NCBI GenBank assembly: GCA_947630765.1
Contig: CANRIX010000009.1
Span: 10,214 to 74,213 of the forward strand
From: an uncultured Clostridia bacterium
GTDB taxonomy: Bacteria; Bacillota; Clostridia; Oscillospirales; CAG-382
Direction of reading: 5' to 3'
DNA length: 64,000 nucleotides
Below the pieces are notes generated by a model. It had not been told where the DNA came from. It searched no databases and saw nothing but the letters and a program-made list of their open reading frames with translations. Every line of letters begins with the position of its first letter. Positions within the stretch are counted from its first letter, which is position 1. Below, piece by piece: positions 29,001 through 36,494 of the stretch. The translations under genes were made by a program, and so were the position numbers.

Positions 29001-29311
29001 TGATAAGCAAAAGCGGGGAACGCCAGACTTTTCAGACAGTATTTGATTTTTCCATCAACTTCTGAATAACAGGTTGTTCCCTTTATTTGCACAAATAGGT
29101 TTTGACTTGGCCGGCGGCTGATATTCGGATTTTCCACAAACTCAAACGTCCCATCCGTATTTGGCCAGCTGTCTGTACTGGAAAAATGCGGATTGATTCT
29201 CCCGTCAGACCTTAAAAAAGATTCTAAAACGGAAACAGCAGAACGGTCTTCGGCAGATCGTTCCGTATGTGTTTTAATGTGACGTTGAATCACTTCAATT
29301 TGGTTATCCAT
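26001..29311 (-). pseudogene. N-terminal PD-(D/E)xK-like (DUF4365-like) domain fused to a C-terminal Dda/RecD-like SF1 helicase, about 1100 aa. It is split by one frameshift.
   Basis: The 892-aa ORF carries helicase motifs I GAAGTGKTT, II DVIFVDECS and III LAGDTYQ. The 213-aa ORF carries motifs V/VI (AVSIHKAQGLEFNSV, YTAITRAKEKL). The downstream frame is open back to 26706, so the two frames overlap at 26633-26706. The shift probably lies at the T6 run at 26687-26692 or just upstream. Confidence 0.75.
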
Positions 29312-29379
29312 ACACTTTACCCTCCTTAAAAGAGCGGTTTTCGATTAAGATAGCTTTTAATTCTATTAGATGTTTACAG

Positions 29380-30660
29380 TCAGGACTCCGTATCCAATTT
29401 CAAAAATCCCTGTTCAAAAGCACCGGGGAATTGAAATCTTTTATCCATACCGCCGAATACGACAACGATAATTCCTCCGTCAATGCCCTTGACCTGCCCT
29501 GCGCCAAATGCCTTGTGTGTGACAATAGTGCCCGCGCGAACTTTAGAAGTGTCTACCTTTATTGTCGCTTTCTTTGCAGACGGCGCGGGAACAGATGTAG
29601 GGGGTACGTAAGACGGACGATAGGTACCGCCCGTAGATGGCTTTGTATCATGCACAATCGGCGTTCGCTTTACATCATATTTCACTTTCGGCTCCGCCAT
29701 CAGCAAATCTTCTTCATCTTCGTCTTCATCTTCATCAAAATTGGAGCTGACGTTTGTAAATACCGGTCTTTCAGGAAGATCGTCTTCTGACGGTGCGTCT
29801 GCTTGCATGGAAGAAGCAAGTTGTCCCGCCATCGCGTCATAATCCGCGCTGGAAATGACGGTACTGTACAGACCCACATCCTCTCCGGAATGCTTGTCAA
29901 TACCCGTATAAATCAGGCTTGCGTCTTCATACCGCTTAAATTTATAAACGGCGTCATTCATCAAAGCCTCATTGAACACATTCAAGGAAACAAGCAGCTC
30001 AAAATCTTTCACATTCAGACCGGTGACTTTTTTGAAAAGCTCCGGCTCCAGCTGCGTGATGACATCCTGTAAGCTGTATTCCCGATAGTCCGTCAGATAC
30101 ATGAACACAGGCACACGGGTCGCCAACTTAATCAGTTTCTCCTGAATCATTTTCCGCTTCGATTTATATTCCTTCTCGGCGTCTGTCAGCTCTTTCTTCT
30201 CTTTTGGCGTCAATTTCTCTCCGTCACGCTTGGCTTTCTTTACGGCATTGGACTTATTGATAATCGTTTCAATATCCGAATTCAAACTACGGAAGCCTTC
30301 AATACGCATGAGTGCGTCCATGGCTTCCTCGCCGGCAAGCAACCTCGCAAGCGTGTCATTGTCTACATTAATAAGCAGCGCGGATTCCCAACGCTTGGCG
30401 AGCAGCGTCGCGGAAGTACCGGCCATAGCAATATCCAAAATCTCAGCGGCGTTGACCTGCCGCATGGCGCTTCCGTCATAGGCAAGCACAGGCAGGAAAT
30501 TGATAAACTCCCCGACCTTCTTTTCAGGGTTGCTCTCCGCCACATTCAGGCGGCAGCTGTAATCGGAAATCTGACGAAGCGCACGGTCAAGGGCGAAATC
30601 AAAGACATAACATTCCTTTCCATGGATTGTTCTGATAATTTTTTCACTTTGTGAAGAATA
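29380..30660 (-). pseudogene. C-terminal fragment of about 420 aa from an SF2 helicase/restriction (Res-like) protein with a Tudor-like tail. The 5' helicase core is missing.
   Basis: The frame is open upstream of the annotated GTG through ...IHGKECYVFDFALDRALRQISDY, which resembles the segment after helicase motif VI. There are no motifs I-VI upstream because that space encodes the methyltransferase in another frame. The C-terminus VTHKAFGAGQVKGIDGGIIVVVFGG...FLKL resembles the UvrD/PcrA C-terminal Tudor-like domain. Confidence 0.6.
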
Positions 30661-31619
30661 CCTACTGCCTCGTTGTATCGAATAAAGGTATCACATCCTT
30701 TTTCAAGCAAAGGACGGCTAACCGGTCCCAACACTTCGTTTCCTTTATGAGAATATACAGCACAGATTCCGGCATTATCTCTATCCCACAGGAAGTACGA
30801 CACACCACCTTTAATTTGAACACCAGTGAAACAATCGGATGCTTCAGGAAAATCATGAATAATTCGCAAATGATTATCGTGTAACATCTCATCACGATAT
30901 TCGTCAAGGCCTTTCCCACCTGTGAACCATCTTGATGGGGTAATCATAGAAATAAACCTTGGATTCAATTTCTTAGCACCTTGGACAAATAGTTGATATA
31001 TAGGCTTTGCACTTGCGCCATTTCCACCTCCGTCATTTAATTGATATGGCGGATTACTGATTATCACGTCAAACTTCATCTTAAATATTTCCTCCGGCTT
31101 TATGGTATGTATCCATTCATAGGCGTGAGTTTCGAGTCCTGCCTCGCGGTCGTATTCCTTTTGCGACGCCCCGCAGAACACACATCGCCCGTCTTTCCAT
31201 CTGTGCTGAATATTCTTAAAGCGTATATTCCCGTCAACCGTATCAAAGTGCGTCACGGAATAATTTCCGTTTGCCGTCTTGGAACAATACAGACTGCGTC
31301 GCGAGAGGTGAGCGGTCAGCTCCGTGATGGAAATGCCGTAAAGCTGATGTTTGAAAATGTGGTCAGTCCGCTCTTGAAGGTCAGGATAAATCGGCTCAAG
31401 ACCATCGAGAAGCCGCTTCGCTATTTCCCGCAAAAATACGCCGCTCTTTGCAGTCGGGTCTAAAAACGTGGTGTTTGGATCGCTGAACAATTCCTGCGGC
31501 AGAAGGTCGAGCATGGCGTTTGCTACTTCCGGCGGGGTGAACACCTCGTCGTTTGACAGATTGGCAACACAGGACAGCACGTCCGGGTTATACATTGTAT
31601 TATAGAGATTATTTGCCAT
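30546..31619 (-). CDS. N6-adenine DNA methyltransferase (Eco57I-like, NPPY type), possibly 3'-truncated
   Basis: FTPPEVANAMLDLLP (motif X), FLDPTAKSGVFLREI (motif I) and DVIISNPPYQ (motif IV). Confidence 0.8.
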   Translation of the reverse strand: MANNLYNTMYNPDVLSCVANLSNDEVFTPPEVANAMLDLLPQELFSDPNTTFLDPTAKSGVFLREIAKRLLDGLEPIYPDLQERTDHIFKHQLYGISITELTAHLSRRSLYCSKTANGNYSVTHFDTVDGNIRFKNIQHRWKDGRCVFCGASQKEYDREAGLETHAYEWIHTIKPEEIFKMKFDVIISNPPYQLNDGGGNGASAKPIYQLFVQGAKKLNPRFISMITPSRWFTGGKGLDEYRDEMLHDNHLRIIHDFPEASDCFTGVQIKGGVSYFLWDRDNAGICAVYSHKGNEVLGPVSRPLLEKGCDTFIRYNEAVGILHKVKKLSEQSMERNVMSLISPLTVRFVRFPITAAA

Positions 31620-32358
31620 ATTCCCAAACCCTCCTGTAATCGGTAATATAGGACGTCAGCAGTTCGCCTTCGTCGTCGGGCGAAACGTCAAACAAACTAA
31701 TCTGATAATCGCTTCCTGTTTTTTCTTCGCCGGCGGCTCATATTCGCCGGCGAGCAGTTTATCAAAGCGGAAGTCCTTGCGCTGCATTTTACTGCCCGTC
31801 ACGAACGCCCACTCGGAGAAAATGATAGGCTCGTCCGTGTCGTTTCCGTTTTCATCTACTTTTTTAAGACTCAATGCGTTGCCACAGACGATGTTCCTGC
31901 TCAAAATAAAGCGGACAGCGGCCCGACAGTCCTCACTTACTTCTTTTTTTGCAAACTGCCTCATATTCGGTGTTCCATATCTCATAAAGCCGCTCTCGGC
32001 AAGCGATAACGTTATCCATCATTAAGTCAACGCCGTAAATACTTGCCACGGCGATAACCGACTGCTTTTCAAATTCAAGAGGCAGAGGTTTCTTCTTTTT
32101 CGGCGGTGTAGAGCGCCTCTTTGCCGACTCCAGCTTGCGCCGGAGTATCTCAACCACAAAATTTCCATCGCCACAGGCAGGCTCTAAAAACCGGCTGTCC
32201 ACCCGTTCTGTCTCTTGTTTTACCAAATCGAGCATTGCGTTGACTTCGCGCTCAGCGGTAAACACTTCACCGAGATCCGCTACACGCTGCTTGGATTTCA
32301 CTTGCTTTATCGAAGATTTGCCTTCGATTGATTTTTCAGATAAATTCGTACTGTTCAT
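31609..32358 (-). pseudogene. Methyltransferase-fold protein with SAM motif I but no (N/D)PPY seen, interrupted by two homopolymer frameshifts
   Basis: GEVFTAEREVNAMLDLV, FLEPACGDGNF, IYGVDLMMDNV, NIVCGNALS. Three frames must be joined, at the T7 run at 31944-31950 and the T-run at 31718-31725. The last frame ends ...DYQISLFDVSPDDEGELLTSYITDYRRVWEYGK* and overlaps the ATG of the next gene. Confidence 0.6.
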
Positions 32359-32370
32359 GATGCTTTCCCC

Positions 32371-34236
32371 TTACCGGCAATCTGCCGCCACCGCCACCCG
32401 TTTTCCGCTGAACGCGACGCCGTATTTATATACGATTTTGACGCCCGCGGCGGTGAGCTCGGTGTCGTATTTTCTGTCGATGATCTGCTGCAGCGCGGCT
32501 TCTGACAGGCGTTTCAGCTCCGCGTCCGAGCAATTTTTGGCGGCTTTCAGCTCAATCAAAATGCCAGGTAGGTTTTTCTTTGCGGGTTTCAGCTGAATGT
32601 CATACCTACCGTCGCCGGACTCCCGGTTGGAGGAGACAAACGCCCCGCCGAGCAAGGCACAAAGGCCGAGCATGAAGCCGTGATAAAAATTTTCGCCCGC
32701 TGTATCAAAGGAGCTGACAGACTGGGTCAGCAGGGCTTGGATCAGGTCTTTCAGCCTGTCCTGATTGCCGGAGAAAATTGCTTCCTGAATGGAAATGGCG
32801 ACGGGCTGTGGAATGATGTCGTTCAGCTTTTGCAAAATTTCCTTGTGGTAGACGAGAGCAATTTCTTTGTTCGGCAGCGCCACCTCACACATAAAATCTC
32901 CGTTGAACGACGGCGTGGTTTTCAGTACTTTCAGGTAACCCGCCACCAGCAGGAAGCTGTAAATGGTGGACGGATTGTTTTTGATCTGCGGGTAAATCAC
33001 GCCCGTATCAATATAAGTCGTAAAAGACTGCCCGTTGACAAGGGAGATCAGCTTTTCGTAGATTTCCCGGTCTGCCTCCGCGATAATCTCGCCGATGATA
33101 TCATTGCTGCCGGTGGACTGCCAAAAGGCGCGCGGCTCACATTCGTTGTTGAAATAGTTAATCACCGACCAGGGGTTGAAAATCTCGGTTTTCCCGAAAC
33201 GATAGCCGTCGTACCATTGACAGAGTTCTTCGTATTTATCGGAAACGCCGTAGTAAGCCGCCATTTCCTTGACCTCTTCGGAGGTGAAGCCGAAATAGGC
33301 GCTGTATTTGTTATCTAGCACGGAATGAATGGTCAAATTATTCAGTCCGCTGAAAATGCTTTCCTTGGCCACACGGAGAATGCCCGTGAGAAACCCGTAT
33401 GACAGGTGCTTGTTGTCCTTCAGCCCGCCGGAAAAGAGGTTTCGCATAAAGAGAATCACGTTATCGTAGTAACCTCTCATGTAACCTTGCTGGATCGGGA
33501 TATCGTACTCGTCAATGATGATAATGGGCGCGACACCGTGATGCTTGTGGAGCATTCCTGACAGATTCAAAAGCGCGCCGGAAAGCTCGACCTCGCTCAC
33601 GTCACTGGAGAGCAGGTTTTCAAACGCCTTCTTTTCATATTCATTGCATTTGTCGGAGGCTTGCAGCTCGATATGGCGGGCCGCCTCTTTGGAAAAAACG
33701 TCCCGTATGGCCTCAAAGGTTTCTTCCCAAGTGTTGAACTTGATGTCCTTAAAGGTGATGAAGATCACCGGATATTTGCCTTGGCAGGCGCGGTATTTCT
33801 CGCCGCAGGCCCAAATCTTTTTGTCCTTGAAATATACGGATGTGTCTTCGTCGGTCTTTTCAAAAAAGGTGCGAAGCATATCCATATTCAGCGTTTTTCC
33901 GAACCGGCGCGGGCGGGTAAACAGAGACACCATCGGCTTTTCGTCGAGAAAATCCTTGATCATCATGGTTTTGTCGACGTAATAATATTCGGTGGACGCC
34001 AAGCGGTAGTCGGACACGCCGACCGGCAGCGGCAGCGCCGTTTTTCGGACGGTTTTTCGATAGGCTCCCGTCTTGACTCGTTTATCAATAGGTTTTTCTG
34101 CATCGGCGGGAATGACCCAATTCCTGCCGTCTTTTTTCGCCCCTGCAATGCGCCCCTCTTTGCAAAGCGTCGAAATCCTGCGTTCGCTGATATTCCAAAG
34201 GGCGGCGGCCTCTTTTGCGGACATGGTATTTGACAC
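32371..34236 (-). CDS. HTH (excisionase/MerR-like) + AAA-ATPase_like (PF09820-type) + PDDEXK_9 (PF08011-type) protein
   Basis: 621 aa. The N-terminus is AKEAAALWNISERRISTLCKEGRIAGAKKDGRNWVIP. YYYVDKTMMIKDFL...FTRPRRFGKTLNMDML is the predicted AAA-ATPase signature. The C-terminus GDGRYDIQL...ILIELKAA...AALQQIIDRKY is the PD-(D/E)xK signature. GTG start 7 nt after a GGAGG. Confidence 0.8.
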   Translation of the reverse strand: MSNTMSAKEAAALWNISERRISTLCKEGRIAGAKKDGRNWVIPADAEKPIDKRVKTGAYRKTVRKTALPLPVGVSDYRLASTEYYYVDKTMMIKDFLDEKPMVSLFTRPRRFGKTLNMDMLRTFFEKTDEDTSVYFKDKKIWACGEKYRACQGKYPVIFITFKDIKFNTWEETFEAIRDVFSKEAARHIELQASDKCNEYEKKAFENLLSSDVSEVELSGALLNLSGMLHKHHGVAPIIIIDEYDIPIQQGYMRGYYDNVILFMRNLFSGGLKDNKHLSYGFLTGILRVAKESIFSGLNNLTIHSVLDNKYSAYFGFTSEEVKEMAAYYGVSDKYEELCQWYDGYRFGKTEIFNPWSVINYFNNECEPRAFWQSTGSNDIIGEIIAEADREIYEKLISLVNGQSFTTYIDTGVIYPQIKNNPSTIYSFLLVAGYLKVLKTTPSFNGDFMCEVALPNKEIALVYHKEILQKLNDIIPQPVAISIQEAIFSGNQDRLKDLIQALLTQSVSSFDTAGENFYHGFMLGLCALLGGAFVSSNRESGDGRYDIQLKPAKKNLPGILIELKAAKNCSDAELKRLSEAALQQIIDRKYDTELTAAGVKIVYKYGVAFSGKRVAVAADCR

Positions 34237-34265
34237 GGTCGCACCTCCTCACAAGTATTGTGTAT

Positions 34266-34294
34266 AGTATAGCAGATTTCAAGAATAAAATCAA
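34266..34294 (-). promoter_or_regulatory. Putative sigma-A promoter of the island minus-strand block
   Basis: On the minus strand: TTGATT (34294-34289), a 17-nt spacer, then TATACT (34271-34266), about 30 nt upstream of the GTG at 34236. Confidence 0.5.
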
Positions 34295-34298
34295 TATC

Positions 34299-34339
34299 TA
34301 TCGGAACAATGTCAAATAAATTTTGATATTGTTCCGATA
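34299..34339. repeat. Perfect 12-bp inverted repeat next to the -35 box; candidate operator
   Basis: TATCGGAACAAT (34299-34310) and ATTGTTCCGATA (34328-34339), separated by 17 nt. Confidence 0.6.
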
Positions 34340-34848
34340 AAATGTTCTTTTGTGTGTTCTATGCGCGAGCGGGAAGAAAAACCACACTCATTTTCAAATG
34401 AAAAATGACAATCATTTAAAAAAGCAAACGGATTTCTATTGGATTTGTCTTGGATTTATGCCGTTCTTTTCGATAGGATTGCCTCCTCTCGTTTCGATAT
34501 GACGGGGACTCTCCCTTCGGAAGTCAGGCTCTTTTCGGCATGATTTCCTCTTCGTTATGACTAATCTGCTCCCTCATTTCGAGAGCAGGGGGGATTTCCC
34601 TCTTGTCATATCGGAAAGAACCTCATTTTCTTTGTCATTGAAAAGGGGTCTTTTTCAGTCAAAAAAAGAGCCTTGAAAAATGAATTTCCTATGCCCCACT
34701 TTTTGACTGAATTTTTTGAAAGAAAGTGAGCGTCCGAAAACGGAAGTCATAACAAAAAAGCTCTCGAAATTTGGTCCGTTTCGAAGAGAGGGTCATTCTT
34801 TCCAATTTTATGATAGAGGGTCGTAAATTCGGGGTAAAACCATAGTAA

Positions 34849-34916
34849 ACTTCGATTCTTGCCGAGTAAAACTTCGATTCTACCCCTTGCGAGTTCGATT
34901 CCAGCCCATTTTACCA
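34849..34916 (+). repeat. Three phased direct repeats A(C/G)TTCGATTC(T/C). The third lies inside a segment resembling a tRNA 3' end that finishes in ACCA.
   Basis: Copies at 34849-34859, 34871-34881 and 34892-34902, with 22- and 21-nt spacing. From 34894: TTCGATT + 5 nt + 7 nt + A + CCA reproduces T-loop-to-CCA spacing. Only 3 of 5 T-stem pairs form and there is no 5' half. Confidence 0.5.
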
Positions 34917-35040
34917 TCACGAATCCTAAAGGGGGCGTTTCCAGAATCCAAGTTGCACAAATTGGAAACGAAGTTGCACGCCTCGTGTTCCGACCGATTT
35001 TTGAGTCTGACGCGGACGTCGACCCGTGGTTCCAAACGAA

Positions 35041-35077
35041 AAGTAGGGGCATACCGCTCCTACTTATGCCCCTACTT
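35041..35077. other. Strong 12-bp hairpin; terminator-like on the minus strand
   Basis: AAGTAGGGGCAT (35041-35052) pairs with ATGCCCCTACTT (35066-35077). On the minus strand it is followed by TTTTCGTTTGG. Confidence 0.35.
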
Positions 35078-35254
35078 ACGCCCCTACCGTTTGGGAGCAT
35101 TGCCCCGCTAACATCTTCATCAAAAATCACCTCTTTTCTTGAAATATGTTTCCGCAAAAGTCAAACTCCTTTTGTCTTCTAAAAAAATCAGGAGGAATCG
35201 CAGCGGACTATTTTTCCGAAAAATGGAAAGACCAAAAGAGAAAGAGGTGAGAGC

Positions 35255-35504
35255 TTGCGGGTCGAAGTGAAGGAGAAACCGATTCGGGCAGCGTTTGTCT
35301 GGCTGAGTCGGGAGGAGGGGAAGAACGAAGCGCTGCTGCAATCGCTGAAGCCGCAATATGCGGCATGGAAAGCGCAGGGGTATTTGCCCGTGGTGATGGA
35401 ATCGGGTGCGGGAAATCCTAAAGACTGCCTGTACGGGCTGGTGAAGCACTACTGCGAGAAAAAAGGCAAAGGAGCAGACAAAAGACGAACGCCCACGCCG
35501 ATGA
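35255..35504 (+). CDS. Small hypothetical protein of the recombinase module; 3' end uncertain
   Basis: TTG start 7 nt after AGAGG. Sequence: ...KPIRAAFVWLSREEGKNEALLQSLKPQYAAWKAQGYLPVVMESGAGNPKDCLYGLVKHYCEKK. After the A6 run at 35459-35464 the track frame runs on to 35725. A neighbouring frame stops at 35504 (KKAKEQTKDERPRR*). Confidence 0.35.
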
Positions 35505-35641
35505 GCGGATGCCGAGCGCATCCGTTACATAAAAGTCACACTTCGGCTCTTGCTTTCCCGAGAAATTTTACGATACTACGATACAATGTTATCAAGATAA
35601 ATCTTATAAGAGCAATGTCGTTGTGTGCAAGGAGAAGTATT

Positions 35642-36494
35642 ATGGATAATTCGATACAGCTGTTTGAAGATCAACCAATCCGCATGGCGTGGGATTCGGA
35701 AAAAGAGGAATGGTATTTTCCGTAGTGGATGTGGTCGGGGTTTTGACCGAACAGCAGAATCTTGATGGCGCAAGAAATTACTGGAAAGTTTTAAAATCGC
35801 GTCTGTTAAAAGAGGGCGGCGAGTTGGTTACAAATTGTACCCAACTGAAAATGAAATCGCCCAAAGACGGAAAGCACTATCAAACCGATGTGGCCAATAC
35901 CGAACAACTCTTGCGCATTATCCAGTCCGTCCCGTTCAAAAAAGCCGAACCGTTTAAGCTGTGGCTCGCCAAGGTTGGCAAAGAGCGTCTCGAAGAAACC
36001 GTCGACCCGGAACAAGCCATCGATCGTGCGCTGGAAACGTATCTAAAAAAGGCTATTCCGCTGAATGGGTACACCAGCGCTTGCTGTCAATTCGCATCCG
36101 CAACGAATTAACCGACGAATGAAAAAAACGCGGCGTGGAAAAAGGGACGGAATACGCGATTTTAACCGACGACATCAGCAAGGCATGGTCAGGCATGACG
36201 ACGCGGCAGTATAAGAACTTGAAGGGGCTCAAAAAGGAAAATCTGCGTGACAATATGAGTGATACCGAGCTGGTATTAACCATGTTGGCAGAGACTGCTA
36301 CGCGTGACATTTCAAAATCTGAAAATCCAAACGGATTTAACGAGAGCCGCAAGGTAGCAACTCGCGGCGGCAAAATCGCCGGAAACGCCCGAAAGGAACT
36401 TGAATCCGAAATCGGCGAACCGGTAATTACGCCGAAAAACGCATCCGAACTCGGTCTTCTTGTCCGTGAATTGATTGAGGAGGGGAAGTCATGA
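35642..36494 (+). pseudogene. Bro-N / DinD-like (phage antirepressor-type) gene with two frameshifts and an in-frame TGA
   Basis: ATG at 35642 after GGAG. MDNSIQLFEDQPIRMAWDSEKEEWYF|SVVDVVGVLT... shifts at the T4 run at 35716-35719. ...ETYLKK|GYSAEWVHQRLLSIRIRNELTDE shifts at the A6 run at 36045-36050. TGA at 36120-36122 sits where W is expected (DE*KKRGVEKGTEYAILTDD). Confidence 0.75.

Noticed and set aside
34840-34916. Intact tRNA gene
   Set aside because: Only the 3' third has tRNA-like spacing. The T-stem pairs at 3 of 5 positions, there is no complementary 5' acceptor strand (AAAATGG) upstream, and no D or anticodon arm. I report it as a relic or repeat instead.
35224-35271. 15-codon ORF MERPKEKEVRACGSK upstream of the small recombinase-module gene, as a possible leader peptide
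   Set aside because: The nearest GGAGG is about 28 nt upstream, which is too far. There is no supporting structure or conservation evidence.
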